64,000 nucleotides of DNA from Candidatus Yanofskybacteria bacterium CG10_big_fil_rev_8_21_14_0_10_36_16 (GTDB taxonomy: Bacteria > Patescibacteriota > Minisyncoccia > 2-02-FULL-40-12 > IGHO2-01-FULL-4-A): NCBI GenBank assembly GCA_002794035.1, contig PCXQ01000007.1, positions 1,785 through 65,784 on the forward strand. The letters are read 5' to 3'. How positions within the stretch are numbered: the stretch's first letter is position 1; each line of letters opens with the position of its first letter. Of the stretch, positions 37,511-46,255 are shown in pieces. A model generated the notes under the pieces. That model saw only the letters and a program-made list of their open reading frames with translations, ran no database searches and was not told where the DNA came from. The translations under genes were made by a program, and so were the position numbers.

Positions 37511-38125
37511 ATGAACATAAAATTAAGAATTTTTTCAGGAATTGTTACAATTATTTTACTATTTGTAACTATTGTGCCTAAACAAGCTGATGCCGGATTA
37601 CTTAGTTGGTTTAAAGATGCAATTAAGGGACCCGAGGAGTCAAAAAACACAGCAAGCCATGAAGACGTTTACATGGATCCCGGCATATTATTTGCCTTAA
37701 GGAAAACCACAGAAAAAGAAAACAATAAGCTGGATATGATACAAGGAAATTCACTTATTCAATTCAGCAATCCTTTTGGAGCTGATATATTGCAAAACAC
37801 TGCCTATATCTCTGCAAGCAATACAGTAGTAATAAGAGAACTTACAATTCCTGCGAGTGCTTATTCTTCAACACCAGACCAAACAGATGATTCGCCATTT
37901 ATTACAGCTATGGGAACAACTGTTAGAGATGGAATAATAGCAGCAAATTTTCTTCCATTTGGTACAAAAATTAAAATACCAGATGTTTATGGAGATAAGA
38001 TATTCGTAGTTGAAGATCGCATGAATCGCAGATATTGGCACAAAATAGATATTTGGTTTCCAGATAGACAATCCGCTTTACAGTTCGGTCTTAGAACAGT
38101 AAGAATACAGGTTCTTGAATCATAA
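37511..38125 (+). CDS. secreted 3D-domain protein (MltA/YuiC-like cell-wall binding or lytic domain)
   Basis: Signal peptide. C-terminal GTTVRDGIIAANFLPFGTKIKIPDVYGDKIFVVEDRMNRRYWHKIDIWF matches the 3D domain with its conserved Asp triad. Confidence 0.6.
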   Translation: MNIKLRIFSGIVTIILLFVTIVPKQADAGLLSWFKDAIKGPEESKNTASHEDVYMDPGILFALRKTTEKENNKLDMIQGNSLIQFSNPFGADILQNTAYISASNTVVIRELTIPASAYSSTPDQTDDSPFITAMGTTVRDGIIAANFLPFGTKIKIPDVYGDKIFVVEDRMNRRYWHKIDIWFPDRQSALQFGLRTVRIQVLES

Positions 38126-38138
38126 AAACAACCACTAT

Positions 38139-38600
38139 CTACACTGCCACTCTGTTTCTGTTTACCAACCTTATTTTTATTTCAAGAAAAACATACATCA
38201 ATAAAGAAGGCACCAGGATATTAGGAACCATAAAATTAGGTAGGGCCACTAAATAAGCGTAAGGATACGGCACCGGCATGGCTCTAAATAAAAATATGAT
38301 AACATTGGCGCCGCCAAAAACAAACAATGCTTGTTTTAATGCTTTTTTATATATCACTCCTAATGTTTCCTTCTTAAAATCTGAAATAAAAGAGCTAAGG
38401 AATCTTAAAAATATAATATAAGGAAATACTTTGATCCATGATATTACTAACAAAAATGAAAAAGGAGGACTAGCAAACATTGTGAAAGTACTTCCACCTG
38501 GTGGCTGATAAGTTTCAATATAAATAATAAATAATATTATAGCCACAATAATAAATATGGCTAAATAACCTCTCAGTACTTTTAATGAATTTGGGATCAT
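38139..38600 (-). CDS. hypothetical membrane protein
   Basis: Four predicted TM helices. No known family. Confidence 0.4.
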   Translation of the reverse strand: MIPNSLKVLRGYLAIFIIVAIILFIIYIETYQPPGGSTFTMFASPPFSFLLVISWIKVFPYIIFLRFLSSFISDFKKETLGVIYKKALKQALFVFGGANVIIFLFRAMPVPYPYAYLVALPNFMVPNILVPSLLMYVFLEIKIRLVNRNRVAV

Positions 38601-38691
38601 TAATTATATTATAACAAATTTTTAAAAAAATAATAAAAAAAGCCTTATGGAGTTTTGATACCCCATAAGGTCAATATGAGAAAATATTTCT

Positions 38692-39117
38692 CTACTTTTT
38701 AAGCTCAATCATTAATAACCTATACAGCAAATAATGGCGAATCCGGGAGAAAAAACTTAAACTAGATGGCTCATTTTTGGGATTTCGTTCATATATTATG
38801 TTTCGGCAAATTTGAGCAATTTCCTCAGGAAATTTTTGTTCAATTTCCGGAAGTTTTAAATTTTTAATCTGATCAACAACCTCTGACCTTACCCGGTCAG
38901 GAAGAATGGAAACCCTTATGCATTTTCCATTGCAGGGTTCTACTGTAATTTTTCTTGTTGAAAAACGCGGATCATGTGGACCACTCGATAGTTCTTCGTG
39001 GCTATGAACATGAAATTTTCTACCTTCAACAACAATACACCACGATCTATAGCGAGCGACAATACCACCACAACCTCCTGAACCAGGATCTTTGCAATAA
39101 AACAATAGTCCTTTCAT
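38692..39117 (-). CDS. hypothetical protein (Cys/His-containing)
   Basis: ORF only. Cys-rich N-terminal half; not assigned to a family. Confidence 0.35.
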   Translation of the reverse strand: MKGLLFYCKDPGSGGCGGIVARYRSWCIVVEGRKFHVHSHEELSSGPHDPRFSTRKITVEPCNGKCIRVSILPDRVRSEVVDQIKNLKLPEIEQKFPEEIAQICRNIIYERNPKNEPSSLSFFSRIRHYLLYRLLMIELKK

Positions 39118-39239
39118 TTGGATCCTCCTAATGATTATTTACAAAGTACTACAACTAAACAATATATCACATGTTGTTTAATCTGTCAATATAAACACGC
39201 CCCCTTGGTGGGGCTATTTTTATATAATTACTTAAATTG

Positions 39240-39311
39240 TACCCCCGGAAAGAATTGAACTCTCATCCCTGGTTCCGAAGACCAGTGCTTTATCCGTTAA
39301 GCTACGGGGGC
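39240..39311 (-). tRNA. tRNA-Arg (anticodon UCG)
   Basis: Reverse complement folds as GCCCCCG/CGGGGGU acceptor stem (G1.U72), anticodon stem CTGGT/ACCAG with loop CUUCGGA, T-loop GTTCAATTC. A terminator hairpin lies at 39195-39222. Confidence 0.75.
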
Positions 39312-39490
39312 TTTAAAAGCTAACTAAACAATACTAAAAAACTTGCCAAAAATCAATATATTTGCTAACATTGTCAAGTAAAATGAAGGGGCTAAACCTT
39401 CGTTTTTTTAATGGATTAATAATTTATTTTTTAAAAATAATACATGATTTAATTGACAAAATAATTTAATTATGTTAATATATAAGCACT

Positions 39491-40927
39491 GTGAAGGATT
39501 TAAATTTTTTATCACCAAAAAATAAAGGATCAAAACCAAACAATACCGCGACTAAAGTCGCTACCTTTTTGGCATTCTTTGCTATTGCTTTCTCTGCTTC
39601 CCTTACTTATGTAGCATCGGAAACAAAACCAATTCAATTAAATCTCAGCCACATTGAGTGTAATTATAATAATACTGATGGTATCAATGTTCACTTTGTG
39701 GCAATAAATTTACCGGATGATGTCAGTGATTTTGGACAAGTAACCTATATAGTTAATAGTGAAGGCCGTACTGCTGAATTTACTAAGCTTTCCGGCAATA
39801 CTGCACACTACAATGATTACTTACTAGAAGTTTCTGATACATATTCTGTAACCGATGGCTATGTTGTTATTGACGGACAAACCGTACAACTTCATAATCC
39901 TAAATCTATAAAGATAACTTGTGGTGAAAATCCTACCCCTACACCAACACCAGAACCTACTCCTACTGTAATCCCTACACCTACACCTACTCCTACTGTA
40001 ATCCCTACACCTACACCTACTAGCTGCTTTTTAGAAATCACCAAAACAGTTGATCAGGAAACATCGGTTCCTGGTCAAATATTGGAATATAAATTAAATT
40101 TTGAAAATACAGGAACAACCAACTGCACAGGTGGTGGAGTAGAAATAGAAGACACATTAGTGAATGAGTTAACTTTTGTTGACCAATCTCATTCTGAAAA
40201 TGTAACTTGGGTAGGTCAAAATGAACAAACCCTTCAATGGAATGCTGGCACTCTAACCCCCGGTGAAAAAGGATGGGTTCAGTTTGACGCTCAAGTTAAC
40301 ACACCTCAAAGCTGTGGCAATTATACAATTAATAACAAAGGCAAGATTACTGCATTTGAATTGTCTTGGCAGTGGGTACTAAGTAATAACGTAGAGATAA
40401 ATATCAACAACAACTGCCCTACTTCTACACCAACTCCTACTCCTACTGTAACCCCTACTTCTACACCTACACCAACTGTTACACCTACTCCTACTGTAAC
40501 CCCTACTTCTACACCTACACCAACTGTTACACCTACTCCTACTTCTACACCTACACCAACTGTTACACCTACTCCTACTTCTACACCTAGTGGTGGAGGT
40601 GGGGGTGGTGGGGGTTTCTTCCCTCAGCCTACTCCTACACCGACACCTACTGTAACTCCTACACCTACTCCCGTTGTTCTTGGTTCAAGTACAACTGAAA
40701 AACCTAAAACAGCAACATCTAGCACAGCAACATCAAATTTGGCACAAGTTGCTGGCGTAAGCACAGGAACCGATACAATTATTGTTTCGTGGATTATAGC
40801 ATTAGTGTTCTCAACGTTATTTGCTATATATAAAACAACAGAGCAATCAAACTTAAAAGAAATCCTTAAAATTATAAAAATTCAAAAAAAGGACAAAAAT
40901 AAATTTAATTTCGCTCTCCACAACTAA
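39491..40927 (+). CDS. cell-surface protein with DUF11-like repeat domain, Pro/Thr-rich linkers and C-terminal TM anchor
   Basis: N-terminal TM/signal anchor. CFLEITKTVDQETSVPGQILEYKLNFENTGTTNCTGGGVEIEDTL is a DUF11-like block. Long (TPTPTVTP)n tracts, a Gly8 run and a C-terminal hydrophobic anchor. Confidence 0.6.
   Translation: MKDLNFLSPKNKGSKPNNTATKVATFLAFFAIAFSASLTYVASETKPIQLNLSHIECNYNNTDGINVHFVAINLPDDVSDFGQVTYIVNSEGRTAEFTKLSGNTAHYNDYLLEVSDTYSVTDGYVVIDGQTVQLHNPKSIKITCGENPTPTPTPEPTPTVIPTPTPTPTVIPTPTPTSCFLEITKTVDQETSVPGQILEYKLNFENTGTTNCTGGGVEIEDTLVNELTFVDQSHSENVTWVGQNEQTLQWNAGTLTPGEKGWVQFDAQVNTPQSCGNYTINNKGKITAFELSWQWVLSNNVEININNNCPTSTPTPTPTVTPTSTPTPTVTPTPTVTPTSTPTPTVTPTPTSTPTPTVTPTPTSTPSGGGGGGGGFFPQPTPTPTPTVTPTPTPVVLGSSTTEKPKTATSSTATSNLAQVAGVSTGTDTIIVSWIIALVFSTLFAIYKTTEQSNLKEILKIIKIQKKDKNKFNFALHN
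40425..40600 (+). repeat. in-frame tandem nucleotide repeats encoding the Pro/Thr linker
   Basis: Repeated cctac(t/a)cctact(g/t)taac/acacc units, followed by a G-rich run ggtggaggtgggggtggtggggg. A smaller PT repeat block lies at 39945-40020. Confidence 0.7.
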
Positions 40928-40966
40928 AAAACCTTGCCTTCTTAATATGTGATAAAATGAAGGCAT

Positions 40967-41959
40967 ATGGTAATAAACAAAGATATGTTAATACGTGTTG
41001 AAAAACTATTTACACGCAAGTTAATTGTGTGGAACTTGGTCCTTTTTGCTCTTGTAAAATTTGTACTTTCTTACTCAGGACTCCAACTGGCTACAGTTCT
41101 AGAACACATAGAGCTTTTTGACTCAAGAGAAATCATAACTAAAACAAATATAGTCAGAGCAAATAATAATTTGCCGCCTTTAAATGCTAATGTTGAATTA
41201 GACTTAGCCGCATCAAAAAAACTTCAGGATATGATTTCAAATGGATATTTTGCTCACATAAGTCCTGAGGGTACGACACCTTGGTTCTGGATAAAAAATA
41301 GCGGTTACAAATACGTATACGCAGGCGAAAATCTTGCTATTGGGTTCACTGAGGCTGAAGCTACTGTTGAAGCATGGTTTGAATCCCCTTCCCACAGAGA
41401 AAACCTTTTAAACAGCAACTACGATGAGATTGGAGTTGCTGTAGGAAAGGTTGAAAACTTGGATGGATACTCAGGCATCTTGGTTGTTCAAATGTTTGGC
41501 AAAAGACCAATATTTGCAATTAACGAAGCCAATGCCTTTGAAACATCTAATAAGACCCCAAACACAGAAGGGACTACTGTACCAGAAATTACACCTAATT
41601 CGTTTGTTGCAGGCAGTCAGCCGGCAACAAATCCCAATACTTCAGCAATTACCCCAATAACAGATGACGAAGTGGTAATGCTTCAATACGTATCTACAGA
41701 TAAAAACTTAGGTGGGTCAGAGGAGCCGATTGAAATAACAACAAACGAAAATAATTTAAATATAAACTCCGTATCAAAGACTGTTAATAATGCTTATATT
41801 ATTTATGCCCTAATAATAGCCGCTATATCTATCCTATTCGTAACATTTGTTGAAAATAGTAAAAAACATGTTGCTGGAGCTACGTTTAATATAATTCTGT
41901 TTATAATAGCTACAACAATGCCTGTATTAGAAATAATAAGCAAGGGAGCAATATTCTAA
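40967..41959 (+). CDS. CAP/SCP/PR1-like domain protein with N- and C-terminal TM segments
   Basis: GYFAHISPEGTTPWFWIKNSGYKYVYAGENLAIGF...AWFESPSHRENLL..YDEIGVAV are the CAP domain signature blocks. Confidence 0.7.
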   Translation: MVINKDMLIRVEKLFTRKLIVWNLVLFALVKFVLSYSGLQLATVLEHIELFDSREIITKTNIVRANNNLPPLNANVELDLAASKKLQDMISNGYFAHISPEGTTPWFWIKNSGYKYVYAGENLAIGFTEAEATVEAWFESPSHRENLLNSNYDEIGVAVGKVENLDGYSGILVVQMFGKRPIFAINEANAFETSNKTPNTEGTTVPEITPNSFVAGSQPATNPNTSAITPITDDEVVMLQYVSTDKNLGGSEEPIEITTNENNLNINSVSKTVNNAYIIYALIIAAISILFVTFVENSKKHVAGATFNIILFIIATTMPVLEIISKGAIF

Positions 41960-41977
41960 AGATGACAGAATATAAAA

Positions 41978-42646
41978 ATGAAAAAAAATACCAAAACAAT
42001 TATTTATTCTCTTTTAATATTTTTAGTGGTTTTAACAGCACTAAATTTTAGGTTTGTATTCTCATATTTAAATTATCAATTCAATAAGCCCAATGATGAA
42101 GCTATAAATACTGCTGCTCATACAGTAAAATACGGCGCTTATTTATTACCTGTTGTTGAAGGACCAGAAAGAGCTGTCTCTATAGCAGTGAAATCATCTA
42201 ACACAATTAAAAGCGATATTTTACTTGAAATTCCTAGATTAAGAGTAAGTGCGCCAATAATAATAGAGCCGAGCACGAACACAGATACTATCTACAAAAG
42301 ACTTGAGAATGGAGTAGTTCACTATGCTTCAACACCTATGCCGGGAGAAGCCGGAACATCTATAATTCTAGGTCATAGCTCAGCTTATCCTTGGTATCGC
42401 GGTCAATACGGATCTGTGTTTGCCTTACTCAACCAGCTTAATGCAGGAGACGTTATACAAATTCAGAATGGTAACGAGATTTTAAATTACAAGGTTGCAG
42501 GTTCGTTGGTTTTCTCACCTTTCTCTGAAGACAATTTAAAATTAGCAGAATTTGAAAGCACAGACGGATCATCTCTTGTGCTATTATCTTGCTGGCCTGT
42601 TGGAACTAATTATAAAAGAATTGCTATTAAAGCCGACCTTATTTAA
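41978..42646 (+). CDS. sortase-family transpeptidase
   Basis: N-terminal TM anchor. Catalytic His in SIILGHSS. LVLLSCWP is an (L/V)xTC-like active-site Cys motif with a conserved Arg downstream. Confidence 0.65.
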   Translation: MKKNTKTIIYSLLIFLVVLTALNFRFVFSYLNYQFNKPNDEAINTAAHTVKYGAYLLPVVEGPERAVSIAVKSSNTIKSDILLEIPRLRVSAPIIIEPSTNTDTIYKRLENGVVHYASTPMPGEAGTSIILGHSSAYPWYRGQYGSVFALLNQLNAGDVIQIQNGNEILNYKVAGSLVFSPFSEDNLKLAEFESTDGSSLVLLSCWPVGTNYKRIAIKADLI

Positions 42647-42659
42647 AAACTATTTGAAA

Positions 42660-42698
42660 TAAAACAAACCCCGCCCAGGCGGGGTTTGTTTTATTTAT
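42660..42698 (+). terminator. rho-independent terminator
   Basis: AAACAAACCCCGCCcagGCGGGGTTTGTTT perfect 14-bp stem followed by TAT. Confidence 0.7.
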
Positions 42699-42699
42699 G

Positions 42700-42894
42700 G
42701 TCCGCCCTGGTAGGCGGTTGAAATGAACTGCTTCATTTCAACCCCTGATTTTAGTGAGAATATCTGTCTCCAGACAGAGCGAGCGTTAAAAAATCAGGTA
42801 GAACATCTCCGCCGGAGGCGGAGCAGGTTCGATGCTTACGAAGAAAGCTTCATAAACTAAACGGCTCACCTAGGTGAGCCGTTTAGTTTATGTG
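42700..42894 (-). ncRNA. hairpin-rich structured region downstream of tRNA-Lys carrying a duplicate of the tRNA 3' end (candidate ncRNA or att-site remnant)
   Basis: On the minus strand: an 18-bp perfect hairpin (CATAAACTAAACGGCTCACC/GGTGAGCCGTTTAGTTTATG), a CCTGATTTT...AAAATCAGG stem enclosing CTGTCTGGAGACAG, a 12-bp hairpin GGTTGAAATGAA/TTCATTTCAACC, then CCTACCAGGGCGGAC. That last segment nearly duplicates the tRNA-Lys T-stem and acceptor 3' strand. Confidence 0.35.
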
Positions 42895-42967
42895 TCCGCC
42901 CTGTAGGATTCGAACCTACGACCCGCGGATTAAGAGTCCGTTGCTCTACCAGCTGAGCTAAGGGCGG
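42895..42967 (-). tRNA. tRNA-Lys (anticodon CUU), C1-G72 acceptor pair
   Basis: Reverse complement folds as CCGCCCT/AGGGCGG acceptor stem, D-arm GCTCAGCTGGTAGAGC, anticodon loop CUCUUAA, T-loop GGTTCGAATCC. Confidence 0.75.
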
Positions 42968-43005
42968 ATATTACCGTATTATTATGCCTTAAAATTTATT
43001 GTTTT

Positions 43006-44196
43006 TCAAGATTTTAATACGTTTTTTAACTGCTTAATAAAATAATCAATATCTTCTTTTTTAGTAAATCGACCAAGGGTAATTCTTAGATTATCTCCTG
43101 TGCCTACTGACTCGCCCTTGGCTTGATTGTGATGAGAAGCTCGAATCCATCGAATAGCTTTTAACACATGAGAGGGGTCTGCTTGTCCTGAGTTTTCCGA
43201 ACGGATTTCAGTTGAAGTACATGCTGAACCAGTTGATACCTCAACTCCTTTTTGATCTAAAATCAAAACTAACATCTCCCCATCTTTACCAGCAAAAGAC
43301 ATATTTATATTATTAGGCAATCTTTCCTTTTGACTACCATTTAATTTGCTACTAGGTATTTCATTAATAATCTTATCTATTGTGTAATCTCTCAACTTCT
43401 TTAATCTATTATTTTCTTTTTCTTTTATACTATCAGTAATTTCAAGTGCCTTGGCAAAACCTGCAATTAAAGCAGTATTCTCCGTACCAGGTCTTAATCC
43501 TCTTTCTTGTGAACCCCCAAACATTATTGGTTGAATAGTTGTTCCTCGTCTTATATATAAGCACCCTGCTCCTTTTGGCCCATATATTTTAGAACCATTA
43601 AAAGACATCGAGTCGATTCCTAATTTTTGAACATTTAAATCTAAATATCCAACAGCCTGTGTAGCATCAGTATGAAAAATTATTTGTTTATTGAAATTTT
43701 TAATAATTTTAGCAATTTGCTGTATAGGTTGAATGGTGCCTATTTCATTATTGGCATACATTATAGAAACCAAGACGGTATTAGGATTAAGAGCTTTTTT
43801 TACATCTTCAGGGTTAATCAATCCGCCCTCATTAACATTTACACAGGTTATTTTAAAACCTTCTTGTTCAAGCTGTTTACAGGCGTTTAAAACTGCATGA
43901 TGCTCAATTTTTGTAGTTATTATATGCTTACCCTTTTTTTTATTTGCCCTAGCTGCGCCTAGGACAGCTAAATTGCACGATTCTGTTCCTGAACCTGTAA
44001 AAATAATTTCATCTGCCCCAGCATTTAAAATCTTGGCTATTTTTTCCCTTGAATTATTAATTATTTTTTTTGCCCCTTTTCCTGAAGCATATAAAGACGA
44101 AGCATTTCCAAATGCTTTTTCGTATTTATCCATTTCCCGTTTAACCCTAGGATCAAGCGGGGTGGCTGCTGCATTGTCTAAATAAATTCTTTTCAT
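43006..44196 (-). CDS. cysteine desulfurase (NifS/IscS family, PLP-dependent)
   Basis: N-terminal IYLDNAATT-like start, PLP-lysine region SFNGSKIYGPKGAGCLY, and the catalytic-Cys loop STGSACTS. Confidence 0.85.
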   Translation of the reverse strand: MKRIYLDNAAATPLDPRVKREMDKYEKAFGNASSLYASGKGAKKIINNSREKIAKILNAGADEIIFTGSGTESCNLAVLGAARANKKKGKHIITTKIEHHAVLNACKQLEQEGFKITCVNVNEGGLINPEDVKKALNPNTVLVSIMYANNEIGTIQPIQQIAKIIKNFNKQIIFHTDATQAVGYLDLNVQKLGIDSMSFNGSKIYGPKGAGCLYIRRGTTIQPIMFGGSQERGLRPGTENTALIAGFAKALEITDSIKEKENNRLKKLRDYTIDKIINEIPSSKLNGSQKERLPNNINMSFAGKDGEMLVLILDQKGVEVSTGSACTSTEIRSENSGQADPSHVLKAIRWIRASHHNQAKGESVGTGDNLRITLGRFTKKEDIDYFIKQLKNVLKS

Positions 44197-44262
44197 AAAA
44201 ACAGTTCGCTCTTCAGCGAACTTTATAATAACACAATTTTTTATTTTTGGATAGATCTAAAT

Positions 44263-44643
44263 TTATCTTTGGGGCCAAAAAACAATAGCCAGTAAACCAG
44301 CCATCAAGCCAATGTCTCTTATAATAACTTCGTTAAATCCAAAAAATATAGCCACAGTAACTAAAAACAAAATTGCAATAACTGATAAAATCCTCATAAA
44401 TACACCCGTTATCAATCCAAGACCAACAACAACTTCAAATATACCATTTAGATATATAAATTGAATATCAGAGATGTTTAAATTGCTTATAAAAGACAAA
44501 ACATTTATTGGAACCCAGGCATTGATCCAATATGTTGGGTGAAAAAATTTATGAATACCAAACCATAAAAAAACTGCGGCCAATCCAAGCCGTAGAATCC
44601 AAAAAGAATACCTATAATCTCTACTTGACATTGATAATATCAT
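44263..44643 (-). CDS. DoxX-family membrane protein
   Basis: About 126 aa with four TM helices and a LRLGLAAVFLWFGIHKF DoxX-like N-terminal motif. Confidence 0.55.
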   Translation of the reverse strand: MILSMSSRDYRYSFWILRLGLAAVFLWFGIHKFFHPTYWINAWVPINVLSFISNLNISDIQFIYLNGIFEVVVGLGLITGVFMRILSVIAILFLVTVAIFFGFNEVIIRDIGLMAGLLAIVFWPQR

Positions 44644-44825
44644 ATGCTATAATATAGTTATCTGGTGCTGGGCATGCGTGACTTAGGGCAGCTCACCCCA
44701 GGCCCCGCTTTGCGAAGGCCTGGGCGGTAAGATTATTATTATTTTATCATGATCTTACTTTGTCTTCAAGGAGGGTTTAACCCATAATCGCTTGCTTGGT
44801 ACCATAAAAATATATTTAAAACATT

Positions 44826-44860
44826 AAAATCCCCTAATGGGGATTTTAATGTTTTTTATC
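44826..44860 (-). terminator. rho-independent terminator downstream of tig
   Basis: AAAATCCCCtaaTGGGGATTTT hairpin with T-runs on both sides. Confidence 0.6.
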
Positions 44861-44872
44861 TTTTGTTTAAAT

Positions 44873-46156
44873 TTAAACAAACTCTGCTTTTTTCTCTAAA
44901 AACTGAAAAACTTTTTCGTTAAGAAGTGTGTCATGAATTCTATCTTTAAGTTTGTTTAGCTCATCTTCATTTTTAACACTTCCTCCTTGGCCCACAAATT
45001 GCTGAATGGCCAAATTGAATTCCTCCTCAACTTCTTCTGGTTTAACATCGATAGATTCTTGTTTTGCAATCTCTCTTGAAACTAAAGCCATTTTAACTTG
45101 TTTTAAAGCATTTTTGCGCCAATCATTTCTAAGCTCATCTTGTGTTTTTTTAATATGAGCAAGATACAAACTTAATTCCATTCCTTTCTGATGAAGTTCG
45201 TAATCAAAACCTTTCATCATTGAATCAAGCTGTTTTTCTACTAATACTTCGGGCGGTTCAACTTTGCTCTTTTCGGTTATTTGTTCAAGCATCTGAAGCC
45301 TAGTGCTGTCTTTTGCTTTCATTTCTTTTTCCATTTTAATACCCTGCTCAATGTTTTTCTTTAAATCAGCAAGGGAAGCAAACCCTCCTAGATCTTTAGC
45401 AAACTCATCATTAATTTCCGGCACAATCACATGGTCAACCTTCTTTACTTTTACATTACATTCTAACTCCTTGCCTGCAATTGGTTTATGTCCATAATCT
45501 ACCGGAACTTTTAATTTAAAGGTTTTCTCATCATCTTTTTTCATGCTTATTAGGTTATCCTCAAAGCCAGGCAAAAAAGCACCACTACCTATTACAACAG
45601 GGTGGTTCTCACTTTTACCACCCTCTATTGTTGTCCCGTCTAGTTTTATATCAAAATCAACCTCAACTCTATCCCCCTTCTTGGCTGATTCATTGCTTTC
45701 CTCAAGATTTGTTCTTGTTTTTTGAATTTCTTTAAGTGTATTTTCTAAATCTTCTGGATGTACGTCAGTGCTTGTCTTTTTAACTTTTACGCCACCATAG
45801 GAACCTAATTCAATTTTTGGAAAAACAGAAAACACAACTTCGTAAACTAATTTGTCTTCTGAGTTTTCTTTAATTTGAAGATCAGAATACTCGATAACAT
45901 CAAGTTTGTTTTCCCTTATCAAATCAACGGAGCTTTGTTTTAAAGCAAGATCAAGAGCTTCTTTTCTTATGGGTTCTTCCCCTAGTTGTTTTCGGGCAAC
46001 TTCTGTCGGCACCTTGCCTTTTCTAAATCCTTTTACTTCAATTTGGTTAGCGAGTCTCTTCTCAGCTTCACGCATATAAAAACCAAGGTCGTCTTTATTA
46101 AGTTCAACTATTAATTTAACTTGTGATTTTTTTAATTGTTCAATTTTTGAATCCAT
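44873..46156 (-). CDS. tig: trigger factor
   Basis: Ribosome-binding N-domain, FKBP-type PPIase segment (FKLKVPVDYGHKPIAGKELECNVKVKKV) and a C-terminal chaperone arm. Start set at MDSKIEQ. Confidence 0.85.
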   Translation of the reverse strand: MDSKIEQLKKSQVKLIVELNKDDLGFYMREAEKRLANQIEVKGFRKGKVPTEVARKQLGEEPIRKEALDLALKQSSVDLIRENKLDVIEYSDLQIKENSEDKLVYEVVFSVFPKIELGSYGGVKVKKTSTDVHPEDLENTLKEIQKTRTNLEESNESAKKGDRVEVDFDIKLDGTTIEGGKSENHPVVIGSGAFLPGFEDNLISMKKDDEKTFKLKVPVDYGHKPIAGKELECNVKVKKVDHVIVPEINDEFAKDLGGFASLADLKKNIEQGIKMEKEMKAKDSTRLQMLEQITEKSKVEPPEVLVEKQLDSMMKGFDYELHQKGMELSLYLAHIKKTQDELRNDWRKNALKQVKMALVSREIAKQESIDVKPEEVEEEFNLAIQQFVGQGGSVKNEDELNKLKDRIHDTLLNEKVFQFLEKKAEFV

Positions 46157-46255
46157 CAATGTGAGGTAGCTGAGATACCAGATCAATAATTAAGTTGCTG
46201 GTGCAAAACTACGAGTTAATTTCTATTTTATAGTCAGTTTATTTCCTTCAACTTC

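Noticed and set aside
39945-40620. Regularly spaced short direct repeats (cctacacctac..., cctactgtaacc...) that superficially resemble a repeat array
   Set aside because: They are in-frame codon repeats encoding TPTPTVTP linkers inside a long ORF. The units vary in length and have no spacer structure, so this is not a CRISPR array.
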